Shown: positions 40,381 to 48,915 of the stretch, one piece after another
How the letters are laid out: every line of letters starts with the position of its first letter
How positions within the stretch are numbered: the stretch's first letter is position 1
Source of the DNA: an uncultured Verrucomicrobiae bacterium
GTDB taxonomy: Bacteria; Verrucomicrobiota; Verrucomicrobiia; Limisphaerales; Palsa-1400
Direction: 5' to 3'
DNA length: 64,000 nt
NCBI GenBank assembly: GCA_963764165.1
Contig: CAVXRD010000002.1
Location: forward strand, 928,001-992,000
Notes under the pieces: model-generated
What the model saw: only the letters and a program-made list of their open reading frames with translations
Told to the model about the DNA's origin: nothing
Databases searched by the model: none
Translations under genes and position numbers: made by a program

Positions 40381-42210
40381 ATGACGAATTCAACTCCAGA
40401 AAATGCCGCGGGAGCGGCCGCACCGGCTCCAGCGCCGGCACCCTCGGATTTTATACGCGACATTGTCGCGGGGCATGTCGCGGAAAAGCGCTATCCTAAA
40501 ATCATCACGCGCTTTCCGCCCGAACCCAATGGCTACCTCCACATCGGCCACGCCAAATCGATTTGCCTGAACTTCGGCATTGCCCGCGAATTTGGCGGCG
40601 TGTGCAATCTGCGCATGGACGATACCAATCCCACCAAGGAGGATGTCGAATACGTCGATTCCATCGTGGCGGACGTCAAGTGGCTCATCAGTGGCTGGGC
40701 CAACGACAAGCTCGGTTTCAAACCGGCGGGCGCGACACCCAAGGCAATCCAAGTCAACGGCAAGGACGATTTTTTGCAGGAATCCGTGACGAATGCGGAC
40801 CCATCGATTGGCGCGAGCGTTGAACCTTTTTACGCCTCGGATTATTTCGACCAAATTTACGCATACGCCGTGCGCCTGATTGAATTGGGCAAGGCTTACG
40901 TCTGCGATCTCTCACCGGAGGACATGGATCGCTATCGCGGCGCGCCGGATCGGCCAGGGCAGGACAGCCCGTTCCGCACGCGTTCGGTCGCGGAAAGCCT
41001 GGATCTTTTCCAGCGCATGAAGGCGGGCGAATTTCCCGATGGCACGCGGACGCTGCGTTCGCGAATCGACATGGCTTCGCCGAACATCTGGCTGCGTGAT
41101 CCCGTTTTGTACCGCATCCGCCATGCAGAACATCATCACACCGGCGGCAAATGGTGCATCTACCCGATGTATGATTTCGCGCATTGCCTGAGCGATTATC
41201 TCGAGGGCATCACGCACAGCATTTGCACGCTGGAATTCGAAGTCCACCGCCCGCTTTACGATTGGATTTTGGAAAACTTGAGCCTGCCGCGCCCGCTGCC
41301 GCACCAATACGAATTTGCCCGCCTCAATCTCAATTACACCGTGATGAGCAAACGGAAATTGCTCCAGCTCGTGAGCGAGAAAATCGTGTTCGGCTGGGAT
41401 GATCCGCGCATGCCAACGATTTCCGGCTTGCGCCGCCGCGGCGTGACGCCCGAGGCGCTGCGCCACTTCGCCTACAACGTCGGCATCACGAAATACAATG
41501 GCGTGACGGACGTGGCTGTCCTGGAGCACGCCATCCGTGAGGATTTAAACAAGCGCGCCTTGCGCCGCCTGGCGGTGCTGCGCCCGATCAAGGTGGTGCT
41601 GACGAATTATCCGGAAGGCAAAACGGAGGCATTGAACGCCGTCAACAATCCGGAAGATCCGAATGCCGGCACGCGCTCAATATCGTTCGGACGCGAACTT
41701 TACATCGACGCGGAAGATTTCATGGAAACACCGCCGCCGAAGTATTTCCGCCTGCGCCCGGGCGGCGAAGTACGCTTGAAATACGCCTACATCATCAAGT
41801 GCGAAGAGGTCGTCAAGGATGCGGCGGGGAAAATTGTGGAATTGCGCTGCACGGCGGATTTGGAAAGCAAAACCGGCGGCGCCACCGCGGCCCGCAAGAT
41901 CAAAGGCACGATCCACTGGGTCAGCGCCGCCCACGCCATCGACGCCGAGGTGCGGATGTATGACCGTTTGTTCACCGTGGCTGAACCGGACGCGGCGGGC
42001 GATTTCAAGAAACATTTGAACCCGCACTCGCTCGAAATTCTGGCTGCCAAATGCGAGCCGAGCCTGGCTGAGGCGGATGCCGAAACGCGCTTTCAATTCG
42101 AGCGCTTGGGTTATTTCGCATTGGACGCGGAGAGTTCGCCAAAGAAGCTGGTCTTCAACCGCACCATTTCGCTGCGCGATGCGTGGGCGAAAGAAATGCA
42201 AAAAGGCTGA
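40381..42210 (+). CDS. glnS: Glutamine--tRNA ligase
   Basis: [48 protein letters not shown]. Confidence 0.97.
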   Translation: MTNSTPENAAGAAAPAPAPAPSDFIRDIVAGHVAEKRYPKIITRFPPEPNGYLHIGHAKSICLNFGIAREFGGVCNLRMDDTNPTKEDVEYVDSIVADVKWLISGWANDKLGFKPAGATPKAIQVNGKDDFLQESVTNADPSIGASVEPFYASDYFDQIYAYAVRLIELGKAYVCDLSPEDMDRYRGAPDRPGQDSPFRTRSVAESLDLFQRMKAGEFPDGTRTLRSRIDMASPNIWLRDPVLYRIRHAEHHHTGGKWCIYPMYDFAHCLSDYLEGITHSICTLEFEVHRPLYDWILENLSLPRPLPHQYEFARLNLNYTVMSKRKLLQLVSEKIVFGWDDPRMPTISGLRRRGVTPEALRHFAYNVGITKYNGVTDVAVLEHAIREDLNKRALRRLAVLRPIKVVLTNYPEGKTEALNAVNNPEDPNAGTRSISFGRELYIDAEDFMETPPPKYFRLRPGGEVRLKYAYIIKCEEVVKDAAGKIVELRCTADLESKTGGATAARKIKGTIHWVSAAHAIDAEVRMYDRLFTVAEPDAAGDFKKHLNPHSLEILAAKCEPSLAEADAETRFQFERLGYFALDAESSPKKLVFNRTISLRDAWAKEMQKG

Positions 42211-42234
42211 CATGATTTCCTGCGACCTGTTTAA

Positions 42235-42481
42235 GGTAGGGACGCCTCGCCGAGGCGTCCAGGGTGAGGCGTTATCCATGCGCAAACACTGGCCCTTTCT
42301 CAATTCGTTAGAATGTGGAACGAAAGCGCCTTCTGATCCCCTCGCCCCGCCCAGCGGGGAGAGGGCTAGGGAGAGGGGAGCCGATTTCAGCTTTGAGAAA
42401 AGTCGAGATCGATTTCTCAGGGCCGGATGCCGCACAACCATTCGCGCCTCACCCCGGACGCCTCGGCGAGGCGTCCCTACC
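42235..42481. repeat. GTAG-type REPIN, family A, with an internal CCCCTC...GAGGGG repeat
   Basis: GGTAGGGACGCCTCGCCGAGGCGTCC ... GGACGCCTCGGCGAGGCGTCCCTACC; internal element at 42338-42378. Confidence 0.85.
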
Positions 42482-42522
42482 TGTTCAGCGGCCTGTTAGG
42501 CCGGGCATTTCCAGGAACACAG

Positions 42523-43623
42523 ATGGCGCCCAAGAAAAAACGCTCACGCTGGCGGGCTTGCCTTTGGCTTTGCGCCTGCGCGGCTACCATCCTCGCATTG
42601 TCCGGGTGCCAATCGGTTCGCTTTTACAGCCAGGCCGCCGCAGGTCAATACGAAATTCTCGCCCACCAAAAATTGGTGGCCGATCTGCTTGCGGATCCCG
42701 CCACCGATCCAAAGCTCAAAGCGAAGCTGGAGCTTGTCAATCGAATACGCAAGTTTGCCGCCGAGGAACTCAAATTGCCGGCCGAGAAAAGCTACCTCAA
42801 ATACGTTGACCTGCATCGGCCGTATGTCGTTTGGAACGTCAATGTCGCCCCGCCGCTGTCGCTGGAGCCGAAGACGTGGTGGTTCCCGATTGTGGGCCGC
42901 GTGAGCTATCGCGGTTATTTCAGCGAGAAAGCCGCGCATGATTACGCCAGCATCTGGGAAAAAAAAGGATGGGACACATTCGTCGGAGACGTGCCGACTT
43001 ACTCGACGCTCGGCTGGTTCCGCGATCCGCTGCTGAACACGTTTGTGTTCGAGCCGGAGGCCGAACTGGCCGACACGATTTTTCACGAGCTGACGCACCA
43101 GCGCCTTTTCGTTTCCGGCGACACCGATTTCAACGAAGCCCTCGCCACGATGGTGGCTGACGAGGGCGTGCGGCGATGGTTCAATGCCGCCTCGAATTCG
43201 GAATCGTACGCCTCCTTCAAGAAAGACACGGCGCAGAGTCATGAATTTGTGAAAGTCGTCATGTCGATGCGCTCCAAATTGCAGAAATTATACGCCGATG
43301 CCCACCTTTCCGAACAGGCCCGGCTGCGGCGCAAAACGGAAATCGTGGAGGAGACCCGCGCGGATTATGCCAGGCTCAAGGAAAAGTGGGGCGTCAAGAA
43401 ATCCGGTTACGACGGCTGGTTCGCCGAGCCGCTGAACAACGCGCAGATCAACACCGTCGCCGCGTATTACGACTTCGTCCCCGCGTTTCAAGCCGTGCTC
43501 CACGCCAAAAACGGAGACCTTGAAAAATTTTTCGCCGATGTGACGGCGCTTTCCAAATTGCCGATGGCGCAACGGCATGAGGCGCTCAACGCCTACCTCG
43601 CTCCAAGACAAAATAATCCATGA
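42523..43623 (+). CDS. Putative aminopeptidase lipoprotein
   Basis: Lipobox LSGC, WWFPIVG.VSYRGYF, YSTLGWF.DP, HELTH, FNEALA. Confidence 0.88.
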   Translation: MAPKKKRSRWRACLWLCACAATILALSGCQSVRFYSQAAAGQYEILAHQKLVADLLADPATDPKLKAKLELVNRIRKFAAEELKLPAEKSYLKYVDLHRPYVVWNVNVAPPLSLEPKTWWFPIVGRVSYRGYFSEKAAHDYASIWEKKGWDTFVGDVPTYSTLGWFRDPLLNTFVFEPEAELADTIFHELTHQRLFVSGDTDFNEALATMVADEGVRRWFNAASNSESYASFKKDTAQSHEFVKVVMSMRSKLQKLYADAHLSEQARLRRKTEIVEETRADYARLKEKWGVKKSGYDGWFAEPLNNAQINTVAAYYDFVPAFQAVLHAKNGDLEKFFADVTALSKLPMAQRHEALNAYLAPRQNNP

Positions 43624-44330
43624 AAACAAACTCCTATTCGCAAAAACTCAGCGCGCTCGCTTTCGTATTTTTCCTGTCAATTACACTCATTCTGCCGCTT
43701 CGCGCGGACGTTTTATATTTGACACCAGGCAAAACCGATGCCGCGGCCGTGCTTCCGGAGCCGCCCTCCGCGGATTCGGAAGAGCAGGCCGCGGAAATGC
43801 GGATGGTGCGCGAGCTTTACAAGGCGCGCACGGATGCTCAAACCGCGCGGGCTAAAGCAGACGCGAAATTGGATCTGTTTTATTTCGCCGGCGTGATTGG
43901 AACAAATTTCGCGCACGGCAAGTATCCCAAAACGGAAGCCTTGTTCGACGAAATTCGCAAGGAGGTGCGCGCGCCCGTCAGCGACGCCAAGAAACATTGG
44001 ATGCGCAAGCGTCCGAATCAACTGGACGCGAGTTTGCTTTTCGACAAGCCGGAAAATACCGCCAGTTATCCCAGCGGACACTCGACTTACGGGACGATAG
44101 AGGCGCTCATCCTTGCCGAGATTTATCCGGAAAAGCGCGAGGCGATTTTGGAGATCGGCCGGCAGATCGGATGGGATCGCGTCATGACCGGATATCATTA
44201 TCTGTCGGACGTGGAGGCGGGCCGCGTTTACGGCCAGGCCCTTGTGAACGAAATGAAGACGAGCCCATCGTTCCAGAAAGATTTGGCAGCAGCCAAGGAA
44301 GAGATCGAAGCCACGAAAGCAGCGAAGTAA
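43620..44330 (+). CDS. Class A non-specific acid phosphatase (PAP2 family)
   Basis: Signal peptide; K.....RKRP, SYPSGH, R...G.HY.SD. Confidence 0.88.
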   Translation: MKTNSYSQKLSALAFVFFLSITLILPLRADVLYLTPGKTDAAAVLPEPPSADSEEQAAEMRMVRELYKARTDAQTARAKADAKLDLFYFAGVIGTNFAHGKYPKTEALFDEIRKEVRAPVSDAKKHWMRKRPNQLDASLLFDKPENTASYPSGHSTYGTIEALILAEIYPEKREAILEIGRQIGWDRVMTGYHYLSDVEAGRVYGQALVNEMKTSPSFQKDLAAAKEEIEATKAAK

Positions 44331-44341
44331 AGACTTTCGCG

Positions 44342-44582
44342 GGTAGGGACGCCTCGCCGAGGCGTCCGAGGCCGTGGCGTTTTCGAAAGCGTTCGGGCTT
44401 TCGTTAGCCCCCGGACGCCTCGGCGGAGATTGTCTCAAAACTACAAAATCCTCAAAGTGTGTCAATACTACGACTCTCTCATTTGCGATATGGCGCATTT
44501 TTATTTTCGGCGAGGGTGTTTTTGTGGTGCTTTTTAAAGCCGTTTTTGAGTTTTGAGACAGTCTCCGCGAGGCGTCCCTACC
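44342..44582. repeat. Family A REPIN whose right arm is interrupted by a MITE
   Basis: Left arm at 44342-44367; right arm split into GGACGCCTCGGC and GCGAGGCGTCCCTACC. Confidence 0.85.
44425..44566. mobile_element. 142-bp MITE (non-autonomous IS derivative)
   Basis: 18-bp TIRs GGAGA(T/C)TGTCTCAAAACT (17/18 match), AT-rich interior, GC duplicated on both sides. Confidence 0.8.
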
Positions 44583-44628
44583 TTTGAAATGTGATTGAAA
44601 CTCCGCCAATCTGCCGCAAAATGTGGCC

Positions 44629-45192
44629 ATGAATAGTGTGATTACAGGGCCCGTTTTTGTGGTGCGCGACAATATCGACACCGACCAGATTATCTCAGCA
44701 CAATACCTGAACCTGGTGCCGACCATTCCCGACGAATACGAAAAGCTCGGCAGCTTCGCGCTGGCGGGTTTGCCGGATTCCCTGTATCCCACGCGCTTTG
44801 TCAAAGCGGGCCAGGTTGACAGCGATTATCCGATCGTCGTCGGCGGGCGCAATTTTGGCTGCGGCAGTTCGCGGGAGCACGCGCCCATCGCGCTCGGTTC
44901 AGCAGGCTGCCACATTGTTCTGGCCGAAAGTTTTGCCCGGATTTTCTTCCGCAATTCCGTCGCCACCGGTGAGCTTTATCCGTGCGAACTGACGGAGCGC
45001 CTTTGCGATGTTTTGAAAACCGGAGACGTCGTCACGGTCGATCTGGACAAGCTCTCGGTCACTGTCCAGGCGACGGGAAAAGTTTATTCCATCAAGGATC
45101 TCGGCGATGTCCGCCCGGTGGTGGATGCGGGCGGATTGTTCAACTACGCCCGAAAAACCGGAATGATGGCGCCCGCCGAGGCTGCTGTGTAA
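44629..45192 (+). CDS. leuD: 3-isopropylmalate dehydratase small subunit
   Basis: DNIDTDQII, NFGCGSSREHAP, FARIFFRN. Confidence 0.9.
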   Translation: MNSVITGPVFVVRDNIDTDQIISAQYLNLVPTIPDEYEKLGSFALAGLPDSLYPTRFVKAGQVDSDYPIVVGGRNFGCGSSREHAPIALGSAGCHIVLAESFARIFFRNSVATGELYPCELTERLCDVLKTGDVVTVDLDKLSVTVQATGKVYSIKDLGDVRPVVDAGGLFNYARKTGMMAPAEAAV

Positions 45193-45200
45193 TTGACGCT

Positions 45201-46139
45201 TTATTTCCTGGCTGTCGGGGCGTTCGTGGAACGGGTCGGCACCGAGACATTTCCAATTTCGATTCGCCCCGCGGGATTGATGAACCACTCTTCCCTTCGA
45301 TTGCGGCGGGCTTCGATCAGGTTGCGGAAAGCCTGCGTGTCGGTCCGCATGATTTCCAAATCCGTTCGCTCGGCCATCGGAACATCGGCAGCGAGGCGAA
45401 TGGATTTGATGGGGGTGTTCTGTTCCGGCTTCTCGTAAAATCCGAGCGCCGCCGTGCCGCGCGGCAGCGAGGAAAGCAGTTCCATCCCTTTCACCACCCG
45501 GCCAAGCAGCGTCACGTTCCGATCCAAGTGCCGGGGCGCGTGGCCTATCACGACGTATAATTCCGTCCCGCCGCCGCTGTCAGCCGCGTTGTCGCGCCCC
45601 GCGCCGACCATTCCGTAAGTGTGAACCAGCCACATCTTTTTCGACTTCGGATCGCGCGCCACCGGGAAGCCGCCGGAGAAGCCAACTTCCGGCGCGTAAA
45701 CATCTTTGTCAGGCAACGGAGTGAACGGGAGATTTGGATCAAGGGCGCGGTCGAATTCGGCGGGAAGGGTTTTCTTCGCATGCTCGATTTTGCGCGCCAA
45801 CTCGGGTTTTTCGGAGTTGGGATCGGCCCATTGCACGACGTAATTATCCTGGCAGCGAACAATGGCCAGCCCGTCGAAGTAATGCTCCTTCACGAGCGCC
45901 TTGACGTTGGCGACGTGGTTGGGAGCGAACTCGGGCGCGAGTTCCATCACCACACGTCCCGTGGCGAGTTCAAGGTAAAGCGTATTTTCCGGATCGAGCG
46001 ACCGCCAATCGGACGGCTTCGACGACGAAATGATGTCGGCCGTCACTGGTGGATACGTTTTGGGTGGAGGCGTGCAGCCTGTTAGTTGAAAAACCGCCAC
46101 GCACGCCACGAGAATCAGCGAATGGAACCGCATTTTCAT
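45201..46139 (-). CDS. Cyclophilin-type peptidyl-prolyl isomerase lipoprotein
   Basis: Lipobox LTGC, FAPNHV.N, R.QDNYVVQW.DP, RHLDRN...GRVVKGM. Confidence 0.85.
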   Translation of the reverse strand: MKMRFHSLILVACVAVFQLTGCTPPPKTYPPVTADIISSSKPSDWRSLDPENTLYLELATGRVVMELAPEFAPNHVANVKALVKEHYFDGLAIVRCQDNYVVQWADPNSEKPELARKIEHAKKTLPAEFDRALDPNLPFTPLPDKDVYAPEVGFSGGFPVARDPKSKKMWLVHTYGMVGAGRDNAADSGGGTELYVVIGHAPRHLDRNVTLLGRVVKGMELLSSLPRGTAALGFYEKPEQNTPIKSIRLAADVPMAERTDLEIMRTDTQAFRNLIEARRNRREEWFINPAGRIEIGNVSVPTRSTNAPTARK

Positions 46140-46148
46140 GGCCGCATT

Positions 46149-47654
46149 CTACGTATATCCCAAAGCTCGGCAATAAGGTTCCAAAAGTGGCTGGATCGGC
46201 GCCAGGTGTTTTTCATAGGCGCGCCAGCGGGCCACCGAGCGTTTGTAGACTGGCTGCGTTACGTCGCGATAGGTCGGCGAATAAAGCTGGCGCGATTGAT
46301 TCGCCTCGTAAAATTTCTCCTGCGCCGGATTCCACGCCAGCCCCAGAAATTCCGTCACGCGGCGGCCCTCGCCGGGCATGTCGGCCACAATGTCTTCGTA
46401 GCGCGTTTCCAGCCAAGCAAAACCCTGCCATTCGCGGACAGCGAGCCAGGTGCCCATCAAGTCCGAATAATGTTTGGCCAGCCGCTCCAAAGTGAGGAAA
46501 TTCACGTTGGTGGAATTGAGCGGAATGTTCTGGAAATAACAACTCAGCACGACGTCGCGCGGGTCGCGCAATGCGATCAACACTTTCGATTCCGGAAAGA
46601 CGCGGAGCCACACCGGCAGGCGGGCGGTGGGCGAGGGATTCTTGTCAATCAACATTTTGCCGCGCGCTTCCGGCAGAAGATCGTCCTGCAGCGCCTTGAT
46701 GTATTGCCGTCGCAGCGAATTGACGCGCGCGCTGGACAGATCCTTCGACTTGTGAAATTCGGGCTGCAGCACTTCAAGAAACGCGGCGGGTTCATCGAGC
46801 GCGGCGGTATCCGGATGCGCGTCAAGAATGCGTTCGAGAAGGGTCGTGCCGCTGCGGGGATGTCCGCCCAGGAAGGCCAGCGGCGGAATCGCCTCGCGTT
46901 TGTGCGCCGGAAAGTATTTGCACCAGGTTTCCAAAATATTCTTCGGCTGGGCCGCGATGAAACGGCGGATGCTTTCCGCGCCTTGATCGTAACTGCGCAT
47001 CAGCAAATCGGTGTTCGTCAAAGCGACCACGATCTCCTTGGCCTCCTTCAGCAGCGCCATCGCCTCGTCGAAACGGCCGCTGGCATCAAGCAACTGGGCG
47101 AGTTCGTAACGCGTGGCATAACGGACAAACGGATGACGAATTTCGGCGTCCAGCAAATCGCGCAACCCGGATTCGGCAGCGTCGTTCTGCCCTTCGCGCC
47201 GATCAAGCACCGCCTTGAAATAACGGGCTTGCTCGTCGCGCGGATCAATGGCGAGGCATTCGTTGACAGCCTCGCGCGCCTCCGCGAGCCGATGGTTCTT
47301 TTCCAACGACACCGCCAGGCTGATGCGCGGGTTGATGCCGCGCGGGTCGGCCGCCGCCGCTCTGATAAAACAGGCTCGCGCCTTGTCCGGTTTGCGGGTG
47401 GCTTCGTATTGATGGCCGATCAGGCCGAGAAGCTCGGCGTTGCGCGGCTCGGCCTCGACGGCGCAGGTCCAGGCGCGATCCGCCTTCTCGAGATGGCGGG
47501 TCTTGAGAGCAGCATTGCCAAGCTCATACCAAATTGCCCCCAAATGCGGATAGCGCAGAGCGAGCTTTTCATAAATCGGCAGCGCCCGCGCAAAATCCCC
47601 GTGGCTTAGAAATTCACGGGCGCGCAAAAGATCGTTTTGGCTAGAGGCCAGCAT
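46149..47654 (-). CDS. TPR-containing sulfotransferase family protein
   Basis: N-terminal TPRs; GHPRSGTTLLE, DKNP, RDPRDV..S, RYEDIV. Confidence 0.88.
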   Translation of the reverse strand: MLASSQNDLLRAREFLSHGDFARALPIYEKLALRYPHLGAIWYELGNAALKTRHLEKADRAWTCAVEAEPRNAELLGLIGHQYEATRKPDKARACFIRAAAADPRGINPRISLAVSLEKNHRLAEAREAVNECLAIDPRDEQARYFKAVLDRREGQNDAAESGLRDLLDAEIRHPFVRYATRYELAQLLDASGRFDEAMALLKEAKEIVVALTNTDLLMRSYDQGAESIRRFIAAQPKNILETWCKYFPAHKREAIPPLAFLGGHPRSGTTLLERILDAHPDTAALDEPAAFLEVLQPEFHKSKDLSSARVNSLRRQYIKALQDDLLPEARGKMLIDKNPSPTARLPVWLRVFPESKVLIALRDPRDVVLSCYFQNIPLNSTNVNFLTLERLAKHYSDLMGTWLAVREWQGFAWLETRYEDIVADMPGEGRRVTEFLGLAWNPAQEKFYEANQSRQLYSPTYRDVTQPVYKRSVARWRAYEKHLAPIQPLLEPYCRALGYT

Positions 47655-47703
47655 GGAGGCATTCGCAGAATGAGGTCACGCAGCCCCGGAAACAAGAATT
47701 GAC

Positions 47704-47830
47704 TGGCCACAGATTGACACAGATGAAACACAGATTTCTAAAGAGCCAATACCCTGCCAAGCCATGCCCGCTTGTACCGGCTTTTCCAGCTTTGAATTTA
47801 TCTGTGTTGATCTGTGTCAATCTGTGGCCA
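47704..47830. repeat. Inverted repeat built from ACACAGAT units
   Basis: TGGCCACAGATTGACACAGATGAAACACAGAT ... ATCTGTGTTGATCTGTGTCAATCTGTGGCCA. Confidence 0.85.
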
Positions 47831-47840
47831 ACTCGTCCGG

Positions 47841-48320
47841 TCATTTGCAGGCCTCAAGCAGCGCGGATTGAAAATGGCCGGCGAGATGCATGGCTTGCAC
47901 GTCGCGCGGATTCATTTTGGGGCCAGGCTCGGCGGCCTGTTTCTCCAAGTCGGGGCAGCCCAGTTTCACCCAGCTTCCGACCCGGATGTCATTCAGCACT
48001 TGAAGCAGCCATTCCAATTGCATCCCGGAAAGCACCAGCCGCCGTTCGCCCGCGGCCTCCTTGAAATATCGAGTCGGATTGCGGAACAATTCCTCGAGCT
48101 TTTTCCGATGCGCCATGCGCTGTTGGGAAATCGATTCCTCGAGCAATTGCTGCTCTCCTCCCTTCGTGAGATTTGGATCCTTGCTAAGGCGGTAGTGGCT
48201 CGATTCCAAGACGGGATACAAATGCAAAATCGCCAGCAGCAACGCTTCCTCGCGCGCGTCCATCTGAAAAGTCAGGGATCGATCAGGCGTTTCTTTGCGG
48301 AAGCCGGGCAAATACTTCAT
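47841..48320 (-). CDS. DUF2017-like protein coupled to clpS
   Basis: WLLQVLNDIR motif; ATGA overlap with the clpS stop. Confidence 0.65.
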   Translation of the reverse strand: MKYLPGFRKETPDRSLTFQMDAREEALLLAILHLYPVLESSHYRLSKDPNLTKGGEQQLLEESISQQRMAHRKKLEELFRNPTRYFKEAAGERRLVLSGMQLEWLLQVLNDIRVGSWVKLGCPDLEKQAAEPGPKMNPRDVQAMHLAGHFQSALLEACK

Positions 48321-48625
48321 TCCTCGCGCTCCATGGTGGCGTGCAAGCCATAACCTTGCAGTTGGTGGACATAATGCTCGGCCTTCTCGAAAGTTTCGCG
48401 CACCAGGAGGCTCTTGCCGGTTTCGTGAACTTGCATCATGTGTTTTTCCGCGCGCGGCCGGAGCCAGCCGAACACCGACTGAAAAACGTGGGTGACATAT
48501 TCCATCAGGTTCACCGGGTCATTCCAACAGATGACGAGATACCCTCGATCAAGCCCCTCTTTCGACTTGGTCTCCTGCTCTTTATCTGTGTCCGGCACCG
48601 TGGCCGCGGCCGATGCTTCTGCCAT
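48317..48625 (-). CDS. clpS: ATP-dependent Clp protease adaptor ClpS
   Basis: WNDPVNLMEYVTHVF, M.QVHE.GK, L..YGL.AT.E. Confidence 0.92.
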   Translation of the reverse strand: MAEASAAATVPDTDKEQETKSKEGLDRGYLVICWNDPVNLMEYVTHVFQSVFGWLRPRAEKHMMQVHETGKSLLVRETFEKAEHYVHQLQGYGLHATMEREE

Positions 48626-48915
48626 GCAAGGAATCATAGCGGCTTTGATGGTTCCGCGCCAGACCGGAAAAGGAGCTTTTGACCCGGTCGCGCACCCGAT
48701 TAATCTTTCAGGAAAAACCCCACTTGGTAAGCACCCGGCAAGCTGCCACATTTATGCGGGAGTTATTATTATGAGGAATGCCATAGAACAACGAACGAGC
48801 ATGGCCGAAAAGATCGAATTCGCCGTCGCCCTCCTTTTGGGCGCCATGATGGGTTGGGCAATGCTGGCCTGACGCTTGCTCAGATTGTCAAAGGACGATC
48901 CCGTATCCAGTGCGC

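Noticed and set aside
46086..47609. Long plus-strand ORFs opposite real genes (also 10418-12055, 21447-23186, 4081-5292, 59760-61115)
   Set aside because: Typical stop-poor antisense frames of GC-rich genes, with no recognisable motifs.
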